The notes under the pieces: generated by a model
What the model was told of the DNA's origin: nothing
Seen by the model: the letters and a program-made list of their open reading frames with translations, nothing else
Database searches by the model: none
In this document: positions 20,872 through 30,878 of the stretch, piece by piece
Numbering within the stretch: the stretch's first letter is position 1
Layout of the letters: each line of letters opens with the position of its first letter
Made by a program: the position numbers and the translations under genes
DNA from: Candidatus Poribacteria bacterium
GTDB lineage: Bacteria > Poribacteria > WGA-4E > WGA-3G
Direction of reading: 5' to 3'
NCBI GenBank assembly: GCA_963665235.2
Contig: CAXXLX010000001.1
Location: 1,760,001 to 1,824,000, forward strand
DNA: 64,000 bases

Positions 20872-23800
20872 TTAAATGTCCTCGATGACAAGAGGGCGCG
20901 CCATTTTTTTATTTTCTGCCTCTAATTTCTCACGACTCGCGACAACGCATATTGCAACTTTATCCTGATTTTCCTCAAGGACTTGCAGCAGTGCTCGTTT
21001 GACTTCCTTAGGGGTTGCGCGTCGGAGTTGTGCATATTTTTCTTCAACCACTTCGTGTGTTTGCCCCTTAATATAATGCCAGATAGCATCGGTTGAGGCT
21101 TGACTGGGTCGAATTGTTTTTATGTAATCTGACGATTTCGCAATAATCGCTCGGTCAATATCGGTCTGCGTCCACTCTACCTGTTTGACATAGTCAACAG
21201 CCCGTGCAAAAACGGATAGTGTACGAGCGACGTGCGGATCATACTCCGATCCTTGGTGGATCAAGGATTCATAAGGGTTATACGAGAAATGATAACCGTA
21301 GGCATTGCCTTTAAGACGGATTTCGGGCAACATATAATCATTGGACAAGATATGCGAACCAATTGTCAAGAGTGATGCGTCCGGATGTGAGTAATGTGGT
21401 GCGGGCATCATCTGTGTACAGTGTGCTATTGGAATAGGAGCCGCCAATCCTTCACGGGGTGGTGCCCCAAAAGATTTAAAACCTATCGGTGCTGGAATTA
21501 TCGGTTCGTCACGCATATCGCCAATCCATTCGGCAAACTGTCCTCGAAACACCTGATAAGCTGCATCAGAACCGGTAAAACTGGCAGTCACGCGCCCTTG
21601 AACTAATAGGAACTCACGAATCTGTTCAATATTACCTGTAAGTTCTTCATAAGTTTCGTCAAAACGGTTGTGTAACATCTCACATGTGCGGAGTCGCGGT
21701 AATCCATAGACGATATCTGTAAGAAATCCGCGTTCCGAAAGTCCGCGAGCAGCACGACGGTTTGCAATATGTGCCCCGTAATAGTCGTGTTTAGAAGCAA
21801 CTGCTTGATTGAGGATGTCGTAGAGACGATCTTTATCGCGTGGGTTCACATCGAAAATTAAATCGTGCAAAACGCTCAAGGCATCCTCAATTTTACCATC
21901 AAGTGCTTTGAGTCGAAATTGCATATCCCACACAAGGCGATTCGGATCAACTGCGTGAGTGGTAAAGTTTGGTGAGCATCCAATGCTACCGGTGGCTGCT
22001 GCTCTACGCTGTGCCATCTGTTCGTAATTTGACCCACCAGCCCCGAGTTTGCCAACGGCATCGGTATATCGCGGTAGATACTGCCAAAGATGTTGGGGTA
22101 ATCCTTGCAAGTTGAAGTTCAACGCGAGGTAGTTCACGCCGTTCGAAAAAATATCGTTTCGGAGTAGCGGACAACCGTTGACCGTTTCAACGGTTGTGGG
22201 AATATGTAGCGGTTCATCGGGCAGCTCAGAGACGTGCAGTTGCGGCAACTTCGCTAAACCCTCTGGTGAGTTGGGCTGTCCGCTCAGATGTTCAAGTTCA
22301 GCGGCATCGGCGGCAATCTGCCGCATCTGTTCATCGGTGAGTTGTGCGCGAATTGCTTTCAGACGTTCATTTTCTGTCGCATCAAGCCTCGCTTGCATTT
22401 CTGGGTCAGGAGTCAGGATGGTTGTCAACCGATGTGGATTGTCAAGGAGCCGCTCGCGAATCAATTCATTGAAAATGCGCGGATTTTGCTCATAGCGTTG
22501 ACGAACGGCAGATAGGTGCGTCCCCATCTTTAAAAAGGGGGTCGGCTCCCTTTCATACATCCATGTGTTTACGACACGTATCATCATTTGAAACGGAAAA
22601 CCCGGTGTGACTTCCTGATAGTCATAGGTGATTTGTTGGAATGCGGCTTCCACTATCTCTTTGTCAATTTCTACGTCTGCAATTTGCGTGAGTGTCTTGA
22701 TGACCAATTCTGCAAAAGCGTCAACGCGCTCTGCTTCACTTCCAACTAAACCGACACTAAATGTGCTATTTGGTCCTACCTTACCACCAAAGATATTGTC
22801 CCGTATATCAGTACCAAGCTTTGAATCGATAATTGCCTTGCGGAGCGGGGCCCCTTCATTATCAAGTAGTATCCTGCGTAATATACGGCACAAGATAGTT
22901 TCTTCAGGCTCCGTTGTCCCTCCGATGAGCCAACTGAGCATCAGATACGTCTTTTCAGTGAGGGACTCATCTACACCGATTGGGTAGGTATCCGTTACAG
23001 TCCGTGGCGATTTCCACTTCAGCTGGCGTGTGATTTCCGGTCGGAGCGGGTGTAGAAATCGATAAGTTTCTTTCTTCGGAATTGCCGCCAGTTTATCGGC
23101 GAGAAATATGAGATAATCATGAGTTGGTATATTACCGTAGAAGAAGAAGTAACTGTTGTGTGGATGATAGTAGGTTTGGTGATAAGTTTTCAATTGTTCG
23201 TAGGTTAAGTCAGGCATAATTAGGGAATTTCCAGCACCATTATTGGCATAGCAGGTGTCAGGCAAAAGTCCACCGGCCACAGCAAAAAACAAGCAGTATT
23301 CTGGATGGGACAAACCAATTTTCACCTCATTATAAACGATCCCATTTATTTTTAAATCTCCTGTCGGTTGATCCGGGTCCACAGGTTCAAGATGATGTCC
23401 TTCACGTTTAAAGGTATCCTCGGTTAGTAGTGGATGAAAAACGGAATCAAAGTGGACTTCTGCAACGTTAAATAGGTCTTTTTTCACATTGTTTGAGGTG
23501 TAGTAAAAGGCGTGATCGATATAGTTCATCGCATTGGTACTGTCCCAGGTCGCGAGACTCATCTTCATCATCTCAAATAACGCCCCTTTTATCGGATAGT
23601 TCCGGGATCCTTGCGTTACGGAGTGTTCAAGGATATGCTGCAGCCCGGTATCATCTAATGTTGGGGTTACTGGACTGATTGAAAACAAGTTTCTGGTGTC
23701 GTCTGTCCAGAGATGCATCAACCGTGCGCCGCTATGTGGATGATAGAGTTCTATTGCGACGGCACGCAATTCGTCAATTGGTGTGATGGCTTTAACCTCA

Positions 23801-23883
23801 AATCCGTGAAGCTGCTGTCCGCGGTGAAGGTCAATTGGCGGGTGCATTGCCTCGCCATTACCAGTTGCAATTTTTGAATCCAT
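20872..23883 (-). CDS. M16C metallopeptidase, tandem paralog
   Basis: HILEH, GIVYNEVK, RLKGNAYG; colinear with 17828-20845. Confidence 0.9.
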   Translation of the reverse strand: MDSKIATGNGEAMHPPIDLHRGQQLHGFEVKAITPIDELRAVAIELYHPHSGARLMHLWTDDTRNLFSISPVTPTLDDTGLQHILEHSVTQGSRNYPIKGALFEMMKMSLATWDSTNAMNYIDHAFYYTSNNVKKDLFNVAEVHFDSVFHPLLTEDTFKREGHHLEPVDPDQPTGDLKINGIVYNEVKIGLSHPEYCLFFAVAGGLLPDTCYANNGAGNSLIMPDLTYEQLKTYHQTYYHPHNSYFFFYGNIPTHDYLIFLADKLAAIPKKETYRFLHPLRPEITRQLKWKSPRTVTDTYPIGVDESLTEKTYLMLSWLIGGTTEPEETILCRILRRILLDNEGAPLRKAIIDSKLGTDIRDNIFGGKVGPNSTFSVGLVGSEAERVDAFAELVIKTLTQIADVEIDKEIVEAAFQQITYDYQEVTPGFPFQMMIRVVNTWMYEREPTPFLKMGTHLSAVRQRYEQNPRIFNELIRERLLDNPHRLTTILTPDPEMQARLDATENERLKAIRAQLTDEQMRQIAADAAELEHLSGQPNSPEGLAKLPQLHVSELPDEPLHIPTTVETVNGCPLLRNDIFSNGVNYLALNFNLQGLPQHLWQYLPRYTDAVGKLGAGGSNYEQMAQRRAAATGSIGCSPNFTTHAVDPNRLVWDMQFRLKALDGKIEDALSVLHDLIFDVNPRDKDRLYDILNQAVASKHDYYGAHIANRRAARGLSERGFLTDIVYGLPRLRTCEMLHNRFDETYEELTGNIEQIREFLLVQGRVTASFTGSDAAYQVFRGQFAEWIGDMRDEPIIPAPIGFKSFGAPPREGLAAPIPIAHCTQMMPAPHYSHPDASLLTIGSHILSNDYMLPEIRLKGNAYGYHFSYNPYESLIHQGSEYDPHVARTLSVFARAVDYVKQVEWTQTDIDRAIIAKSSDYIKTIRPSQASTDAIWHYIKGQTHEVVEEKYAQLRRATPKEVKRALLQVLEENQDKVAICVVASREKLEAENKKMARPLVIEDI

Positions 23884-24001
23884 TTTTGTCTCCAGTTTCT
23901 GATGGTTGTTGGCTTATAGTAAAGCATATAATTATTTGGACATTTTGTAGCATAAACTTTCCAGTTTGTGCCGATGCGGACACAAACTAAATGAAGTTTA
24001 A

Positions 24002-24370
24002 TTTATTAATTCGGTAATTCTAACTTCCGAATGTGTCAGGTTTCGCTTCGCTCAACACGACCTGCAATATTACCGAAATTATTTTTTAATCTTCCAGGAC
24101 TTACGCACCTGCACATTGCAGGCACAATCGGAGACCTTCTCCATACACCCCATAGCACAAATTGCATAAGTCGGGCGTTCGTAGACACACATACGAATGT
24201 GCGTAAATCTCCTGTTATTTGGTTATTAGAGTCTATTCAGCTGTAAAAAGATAGTAAAAAATTCAGGGCTATAAACATACCGCCCCTACAAGACTAAGGA
24301 GAGGGGTCAGCGCGGTTCTATAAACATACCGCCCCTACGGGGCTAAGGGACGGGGGCACCGCGGTTTCTG
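24002..24370. repeat. Composite intergenic repeat cluster (MITE-like and REP-like units)
   Basis: Contains the 626-type element, the AGGACTTACGCA element and two CTATAAACATACCGCCCCTAC units (inverse of the units at 41680-41800). Confidence 0.7.
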
Positions 24371-24398
24371 ATACGCATCAAATATTTCTTGCTAATTG

Positions 24399-25706
24399 CT
24401 AATCGCTAATCGCCAAATCAGCACAAACGATTTCGTTGTCATTTCGGACGAAGACGTGTTTGTAAGCAAACGCGGGATGTGCCCACGTGACACCGCCTCT
24501 TCTGTTGAGTTGGTCTCGTGTCGGTTCAATTAATTTTGCACGACTGATAATCTTAAGTCCTTTGGGAGAAAGTTCCGTGATAAGCAGTTCCCCGTGTTCA
24601 TTGAACATCCAGACTTTATCAGCGTTTTGTACGAAGTGGATATTGCTCCACCGGGCTTTTCGGACAGCCGTAAGGTCTTCCCAAATCCGATCGCCGTTTC
24701 GGGCATCTATACATCGGAGTTCTCCATAACTGTCCACGCCGTAAATATAATCGCCAATGCGGACAGGGGTTGCCATGGTGGTATGCAGTGCCTCTGTGTT
24801 CTGTTCGTCTTTACCTCTGCGGTGCCAGCCGAGTTCTACAGCCAACTTATCCTGTGCTAATTTCAGCATAAGTGACCCTTGAATGAAATGTGTCATGAAG
24901 AGTTCGTTTTGATAAAGTACGGGTGTGGCAATTGCAACCTCAAAACGTTTAGGGGGTAGTGGAAAAAGCCAATGTACCGCGCCATTTCTCGGATCGAGGG
25001 CGGCGATGTTAGCCCCGGTCCAGCAAATTAAGACCCGTTCTCCCGCCTGCGTAATGACAATCGGTGCGGAATAGGAGGCGTTATCGCTAAGTGCTCTCCA
25101 TTTTTCCTCACCTGTTTTTCGGTCAAAGGCGACAATACACGCGTCCGGCTTGCCCCCGATTTGGACAATGAGATTATCCGCTTCAACAATCGGTGCACAA
25201 GCGATGCCCCAGATTGGCATATTGATGTTATATTCGGCATTGAGGTCTTTTTTCCATTTGATGTCGCCGGTAGCAGCGTCAAAACAGTGTAGATGTCCCA
25301 TCGCCCCTAGGGCGTAAGCGAGTCCATCGTGTATAGTGACGTTAGCGCGTGGGCCTGCTGCATACTCGATTTTGTATTCGCAATCGTAGGTGTAGGACCA
25401 GATTTCGTCTCCTGTTTTCCAGTCGAAGCAGTGAACGCGTTCGACCTGTTTCGGTTTGGTAAGTCTATCGGTAATGTATACGCGTCCATCGGCGACACTG
25501 GGGCCGCTGTATCCGCTGCCGATGGGCATCCGCCACCGGATCGGAATTTCTGGCCCATCAAATTTTTCGATGATACCGGTTTCTTTCCAAACGCCATCTC
25601 GGTTATCTCCACGCCATTGAGACCATTCATCGGCGGTTGCTATGTGTGCATGCATCGCTCCTATAGCAACAAATAGGAGGATGAGTGGGTATGTCAGTTT
25701 TTTCAT
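24399..25706 (-). CDS. Secreted PQQ-binding-like beta-propeller protein
   Basis: Signal peptide MKKLTYPLILL; WSQWRG, GYSGP, WAHPAF motifs. Start at 25706 after a GGAG RBS. Confidence 0.85.
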   Translation of the reverse strand: MKKLTYPLILLFVAIGAMHAHIATADEWSQWRGDNRDGVWKETGIIEKFDGPEIPIRWRMPIGSGYSGPSVADGRVYITDRLTKPKQVERVHCFDWKTGDEIWSYTYDCEYKIEYAAGPRANVTIHDGLAYALGAMGHLHCFDAATGDIKWKKDLNAEYNINMPIWGIACAPIVEADNLIVQIGGKPDACIVAFDRKTGEEKWRALSDNASYSAPIVITQAGERVLICWTGANIAALDPRNGAVHWLFPLPPKRFEVAIATPVLYQNELFMTHFIQGSLMLKLAQDKLAVELGWHRRGKDEQNTEALHTTMATPVRIGDYIYGVDSYGELRCIDARNGDRIWEDLTAVRKARWSNIHFVQNADKVWMFNEHGELLITELSPKGLKIISRAKLIEPTRDQLNRRGGVTWAHPAFAYKHVFVRNDNEIVCADLAISD

Positions 25707-25879
25707 AATTTTTTTCTCCAACTCCTCAGTCAGGGGCCATCTATTGATGTGCCGCTGTTGTCTGTTTGCGTTCGGTTTTTTGACACTGGGTGCGTTCTTT
25801 CGCATTTCGGTGTGTTTTTACGTTCACCGAAGGCTGTTGTTAATATTTTACCTTTTTTCTGGGGCGTTTGTCAAGAAGA

Positions 25880-25982
25880 ATCGCGTGAACAGCACGCTCC
25901 TACAGAAGACGCTGACGCAGGGTCGCGTGCGCAGCACGCTCCTACAGAAGACGGTGGCGTGTGCAGCTTGCTCCTACAGAAG
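25880..25982. repeat. Three REP-like units (CAGCACGCTCCTACAGAAGA)
   Basis: Three direct copies ending in GCTCCTACAGAAGA; an inverse-related unit lies at about 11848-11865. Confidence 0.7.
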
Positions 25983-26064
25983 AGACAAAGACAGTCGCGA
26001 GCGGAGTGCTTAAATGCCATGCGCGCATTTGGCGTTGATTTGGAAAACTAAATATCTGTAGGTT

Positions 26065-27255
26065 TTATGAGTTCTGGTTAGCCTGTGCAATTGCATGTTC
26101 AAAAGTTTTTTTATAAACAGTGCTATTGAGCCGCTCGATGATGAAGTTTTCAAGATTATGTTTTTCTTCGCGGACTCGACGTGCCTCAAAGTTGAATGTG
26201 TATAAATTATGACAGGCTCGCCGATGAATATGGTTCACTCCATCTCGATCTTCCAGATAGTCTAGGTAAGAAAAAGCATCTGACTCATTCTTAATTTCCC
26301 AAAGACTTCCTTCTTCCCAATTTTTGGGGGTGAATTTTTCTTCACTTATTAATTTCAATAGATGGTTTGCAAACCTACGCCGTATGTGTTCATATTTTTC
26401 AGGGTCTTTTTCTTTTTCACGAGCGGAGAATCTACTCCACGGAAAACCGGGTAATTGAACATTTTTAAATGCGGCACTGAGAATCCAACTTTGTGAATCA
26501 ACGGTGTTAGCTCCACAGTAAAATGCAAATAACATTAGCAGTGCGGACCCTAACGAAAAACAGTGAACGTGAGCGTTTGGCAGCAGTCGGCGGACTGTGC
26601 AGATAATATCAATTACTGTGCGCTTGCTACCGTTACGTGCTAGCGGTGCCAAGCTCCCAATGCCGATGATGGGAGGTTCCTCTCCCCAAATTTTGAAGAT
26701 ATCATCAAAAGAACGTGATAGTGTGTCAGCATCATGTCCATGAAGCACAGGCATTAATTGGAAGTTAGGCGAGACATCTAAGCCCATGAGTTTTTCGAAC
26801 ATTCTTTGCGTATTTGATACGGTATTTGCCCACCGTCTCTCAATTTCGTCCCGATCGGCGTTTGGTAAAAACGGATGATCGAGGACAACTGAGATATCCG
26901 CCTTAAGTTCGATTCCAATTTTAAGAACATCTATCGGATCTATGCTGATTTCGGTCTGTTTTTGAAAATTAAAAGCTCCGGAATCAAGCATCAAGGGACC
27001 ATTAAATTCAATAAACTCATGAAGCTTGCACTGTTTTTCCCTGATTTCTGAGGCAGCTATTCGCGTTCGTGTATTGGCTAATAGATCAAAGGCATTAACG
27101 AGAACAGCTTGGGTATTGGTGATTTCCCAGGGAGCTCGGCGCAACCCCGCACGTGGGTAATCACCTATGCGATAACCGGTAAAAAGGTTTGGTATCTCCA
27201 AAGGGGTCCTGAAAAGAGGGTGTCGTGTGTCACATTTTGATTCATTAATTACCAT
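26065..27255 (-). CDS. tRNA-guanine transglycosylase (TGT)-fold protein, DpdA-like
   Basis: LDSGAF, VLDHP, PVLHG, IGIGSLAP, HCFSLG, VDSQSW and HNL motifs align with the TGT catalytic aspartates; no CxCxxC zinc motif. Confidence 0.8.
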   Translation of the reverse strand: MVINESKCDTRHPLFRTPLEIPNLFTGYRIGDYPRAGLRRAPWEITNTQAVLVNAFDLLANTRTRIAASEIREKQCKLHEFIEFNGPLMLDSGAFNFQKQTEISIDPIDVLKIGIELKADISVVLDHPFLPNADRDEIERRWANTVSNTQRMFEKLMGLDVSPNFQLMPVLHGHDADTLSRSFDDIFKIWGEEPPIIGIGSLAPLARNGSKRTVIDIICTVRRLLPNAHVHCFSLGSALLMLFAFYCGANTVDSQSWILSAAFKNVQLPGFPWSRFSAREKEKDPEKYEHIRRRFANHLLKLISEEKFTPKNWEEGSLWEIKNESDAFSYLDYLEDRDGVNHIHRRACHNLYTFNFEARRVREEKHNLENFIIERLNSTVYKKTFEHAIAQANQNS

Positions 27256-28417
27256 TTTCCACAATCTGTCTCATCCGTTCGCGCATTCTCGGTAGAAAAG
27301 CCCCCGGTAAAACATCTATTTCAGCTTTTTGAGCCTCTGCTTTTAACGAACGGTATTCTTCGGCAACAATTTCTTGTGTTAGCGGTTTTAATTCATCAGG
27401 CCGGGTTACCTCAGATTGTTTTCCCGGGGCTTTGGAATGGACCTCATATCTGTCGCGCTCACTGTTCAGATAGTCGGATACATACTCGATCGCAAGCTCT
27501 TCACTACTTATAGGTTGGAGATTTACCGGTTCGCCTAAACGGTGCTCAATTGCCGGGTACTGTTTAAGGTCTTTCGGTTCAGGCGTAGTTGCAGTGACAA
27601 AAAAAACAGATTCCTTTAATATGTCGAAAAGATGCCGCAGGTCTTGCGCGTATAGTGCTTGCCGTGAACGTGTTAGTGCTTCAAATATCTCCTCAAATTC
27701 GTCAAAGAGCAGGACAACACCATCACATAGGCCTACCTCTTTTAGAACAAGCAGTAATCCGTTCAAGAACCGCATAGCAATTGAAGAGCTGGTGATGTCA
27801 ATAGGTGGCACTCGATCTCCATCATCGGTTAAGAGTCTCTTATCTGCTACCGTAAGTTTTTGCTGCCCTTTTAACCATCGAAGGAAAGCATCTTTCTGCC
27901 GTTCTTCCGGAGACAAAAAGGATATTTGAGCAGGTTTAGCAATAGCTTTAAGTGCCTTCAAAGGTTCACTAGCGGACTTAAACTGTGACGACAAAGTATC
28001 AATTGAATCTGATTTCTGTAGTTCTGCAATCAAGTGATCTAAGAAATGTCCAGCAAGCTTATCGATAATTTGGCGGTGAATAGCAAAGTAGCTCTCCCCG
28101 GGCGCATAGACGTAAATCGGGTAAAAATTCCCGATAAGTTTACGTTCCCTTGCTTCGTCAGTCAACCGTTCAAAGTAGCGTAGGATATTTGTCTTCCCCG
28201 CGCCATTTTTTCCGTTAATACGCAACCGCTTTGCGTCTTCGGAAAAGCTCTGTAACTCACGGACAAACCTATCCTTAATATCATCTTGGTCGGTACAAAC
28301 ATCAAACTCTGTTTCACCGCGTCCTGGGAACGGATTTTTAACGAGAAAATGTTTTTCGTAAGGGGTGGGTTCTCCTGTTTCCGCTTTAAATAGAGAAAGA
28401 TCTTTTATTATTGTCAT
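27245..28417 (-). CDS. P-loop AAA+ ATPase
   Basis: NPF N-terminus, Walker A GKNGAGKT, Walker B LLFDEFEE. Confidence 0.85.
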   Translation of the reverse strand: MTIIKDLSLFKAETGEPTPYEKHFLVKNPFPGRGETEFDVCTDQDDIKDRFVRELQSFSEDAKRLRINGKNGAGKTNILRYFERLTDEARERKLIGNFYPIYVYAPGESYFAIHRQIIDKLAGHFLDHLIAELQKSDSIDTLSSQFKSASEPLKALKAIAKPAQISFLSPEERQKDAFLRWLKGQQKLTVADKRLLTDDGDRVPPIDITSSSIAMRFLNGLLLVLKEVGLCDGVVLLFDEFEEIFEALTRSRQALYAQDLRHLFDILKESVFFVTATTPEPKDLKQYPAIEHRLGEPVNLQPISSEELAIEYVSDYLNSERDRYEVHSKAPGKQSEVTRPDELKPLTQEIVAEEYRSLKAEAQKAEIDVLPGAFLPRMRERMRQIVENGN

Positions 28418-28419
28418 TT

Positions 28420-29343
28420 CTACACCTCCCTTTCCCAGCGAATTAGTTTTAATAGTTTGCCGTTGAGTATCACGCCATCCTCTAAATAGCGATATTCAAT
28501 CCACCGTGATTCTGGCGGTTTGCTATTGTCCAATAGTTTTGCAGCGATTCTTTCGTTAAGGATGTCTTTTCTTGGCCGTATTGAGGTAATTTTGGACCAT
28601 CCTGATAGTTCCCGGCGAAGTGTCGCTGGGGCTAGTGTGATTTCGCCTGGAAACGTCTCTACAAACTGTTTCAGCTTCATCTCAAAAGCCTGAAAGGAAA
28701 TATGTAATTCCTGACAAACGAAATGTGCTACACGTCCGAGGTTTGCATACCCCGATGTTTTATCGGCCTGCTTATACCCCTCTTTAAAAGCTGTTTTGAA
28801 GCATGCCGATGAAGGACGTTCTGCATCCCACTCTCCCCCCCAGTAGAGGATGGATTCAAAGGGTGAACGATAAGCATGTCCTACAGATACCGCCCATGTC
28901 CGAAATGTATCAAACGCTACGAAGGTAATGTCATATTTTTCCTTTAAGTTGCGTCCCAATTCGCTCCGCGCTTCTTTGTCCTGCTTTTTCGGAATTTCGA
29001 TCGCTTGTTCCTGTTTTAGACAATTCAAGAAACGTGCATAAGGCGGATAATTTGCTAATCCTCTATTCATTGGCAACAGGTAATCCCCTGAGTTCCAAGC
29101 CTGAATGAACTCATGGAAATTTTCGGTTAAATGCAAAATATCCTGCGCTTGTGCATTGCGATTAATCCAACGGGACGCTTCGAAGATTCGTAGGATATCC
29201 TTTATCCGGCGTTCAAGGCGTTTTATTGGACCTTGACTCTCTATAATCTCGCGAAGGGTATGTAGAGAGAGCGCGTTTTCAACACGCTCTCTCTCAATAG
29301 CATCAGCAACAGAGAGCAATTTATTGACAGTAATCGGATCCAT
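28420..29343 (-). CDS. Hypothetical protein (possibly winged-helix repeats)
   Basis: 307-aa ORF tightly coupled within the operon; the fold is a guess. Confidence 0.65.
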   Translation of the reverse strand: MDPITVNKLLSVADAIERERVENALSLHTLREIIESQGPIKRLERRIKDILRIFEASRWINRNAQAQDILHLTENFHEFIQAWNSGDYLLPMNRGLANYPPYARFLNCLKQEQAIEIPKKQDKEARSELGRNLKEKYDITFVAFDTFRTWAVSVGHAYRSPFESILYWGGEWDAERPSSACFKTAFKEGYKQADKTSGYANLGRVAHFVCQELHISFQAFEMKLKQFVETFPGEITLAPATLRRELSGWSKITSIRPRKDILNERIAAKLLDNSKPPESRWIEYRYLEDGVILNGKLLKLIRWEREV

Positions 29344-30426
29344 TTAGCATTCCTCCCTGAGCTCCATCACATCGTAAGCAAAAAAACCTTTACGCGCCTT
29401 CTGTGAATAATAAACAAGTTCATATTTGCAAGACGGGTCCCCGTTTTCAAAACGGATGGTACTGAAGACTTGTGCCAAATCCCACAATAGATAATGGACA
29501 GACGTTAACATGACCCTCTGGTTGTAAGAATCGTATCGAACGGAACTGATTTCCGAAGGTAGAGAGGGAACACCGATATGGAGACTCCCTTGATTCTCTA
29601 ATGTTGCAAGCGAAGCCATATCCTTATCTGCGGTGCAAAGATAAACCCCTTGGTGGAGACCACGGTCCTGTTTGAGATTTTTCACACTTTCAATAATCAA
29701 CCTGTCGATATTTGGGCCGCCCTTGGACTGTCCTAAATGCTCTGGGAGAGTGGTTAGAATTTCCACGGGCCGCCATTGGCGAATGTGGTTTATCTCTCGG
29801 CTAATGCAAGAAACTTGCGGTCGTTGCTCCAAGACATCGCACTTCCCGATTTGGGTTTCAGCCTTTTTTTGGCTGTTTTGCCAAGTAGTATTCAAGTCAT
29901 TTACCTGCCGTTGGACTTCAGTCATTACAAAAACGGGCACAACTGTCCAGATGAGCACGTCGGATAAGATTTTGTGCAAGAAAGAAACCGCTGCCCGGCG
30001 TAACGCGCTTGTATCAGTAACAAGTATCAAGTAACCTTTTTCTGAAAGTCTTTTCATCACCTCTTGAAACCCGAACTTAACATTTTGCTCTTCCATCAAA
30101 CAAAACTCCGGGCGTAGAAGACCGGTTCGTAACGCACTTTCAGCAAGGACATCACGTATGATTTTTTCTGCTCTATCCGCTTGCCCCTCTTCTTTGGACA
30201 ACTCAGAGAAACGACATCTAATTTCTTGACTTGTCGCGGGCTTGAAAGTAAAAGGTAGAATCGGATATTGTCGCGCAGTTTCCTCGGATGCATCAATTGT
30301 GATTTCACCCAATTCGACATATTCACTTTCAGGGAGATGCGTTCCATCTGTATAGGAGACTTCCCATTTGCCCCAAAGTGGATATGCAGCAATGAACCTC
30401 TCTAGTGTAATTGCAGAACTATTCAT
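29344..30426 (-). CDS. PIN-domain protein with N-terminal extension
   Basis: Acidic PIN pattern LVTDTSAL...VMTEV...IDRLI...TADKD. Confidence 0.7.
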   Translation of the reverse strand: MNSSAITLERFIAAYPLWGKWEVSYTDGTHLPESEYVELGEITIDASEETARQYPILPFTFKPATSQEIRCRFSELSKEEGQADRAEKIIRDVLAESALRTGLLRPEFCLMEEQNVKFGFQEVMKRLSEKGYLILVTDTSALRRAAVSFLHKILSDVLIWTVVPVFVMTEVQRQVNDLNTTWQNSQKKAETQIGKCDVLEQRPQVSCISREINHIRQWRPVEILTTLPEHLGQSKGGPNIDRLIIESVKNLKQDRGLHQGVYLCTADKDMASLATLENQGSLHIGVPSLPSEISSVRYDSYNQRVMLTSVHYLLWDLAQVFSTIRFENGDPSCKYELVYYSQKARKGFFAYDVMELREEC

Positions 30427-30847
30427 CAGAAATTCTCACTTTATAGTCAGCATGTGGGGGGTTCTGTAAAATTTCCTGCACAACTGCTAACAAAATAGTG
30501 CTTGATTGCAGCTCCAGCGTAGAAACCCGATCGGTAACTTCGTCAAGGATTTGATCCGGAGATTCTGCTATGTCCATTTGCGACTTCGCGCGCTCCGCTA
30601 GCTCATAAAGCATCCGATTTTTTATCGGCTCTGGTAGATAGAAATCAACTTCCCTCAGATTCGATGCAGGTTTTCCGGTTTCTGGATCTTCCGAGTCCAA
30701 ATTTTTCACCGTATTTAAGAGGCATTTAAAATCGAGCACAACTTCCTGTTCACCTATCCATTCTTGGAAATCATGCATAAGGAAATTTGGCACAACGTAG
30801 GTCTCGACCGCCTCCCCCGTTGATGGGTTAATAATTTCCACTTTCAT
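30419..30847 (-). CDS. Small acidic hypothetical protein
   Basis: ATG at 30847 after an AAAGGTG RBS; stop overlaps the next start. Confidence 0.65.
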   Translation of the reverse strand: MKVEIINPSTGEAVETYVVPNFLMHDFQEWIGEQEVVLDFKCLLNTVKNLDSEDPETGKPASNLREVDFYLPEPIKNRMLYELAERAKSQMDIAESPDQILDEVTDRVSTLELQSSTILLAVVQEILQNPPHADYKVRISDE

Positions 30848-30878
30848 CAAAGCACCTTTCTGCAAGAGCGTCCGGCTC

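Noticed and set aside
26065-27255. Housekeeping queuine tRNA-ribosyltransferase (tgt)
   Set aside because: It lacks the TPxFMPVGT N-terminus and the zinc motif and sits in an ATPase/PIN operon, so no gene symbol was assigned.
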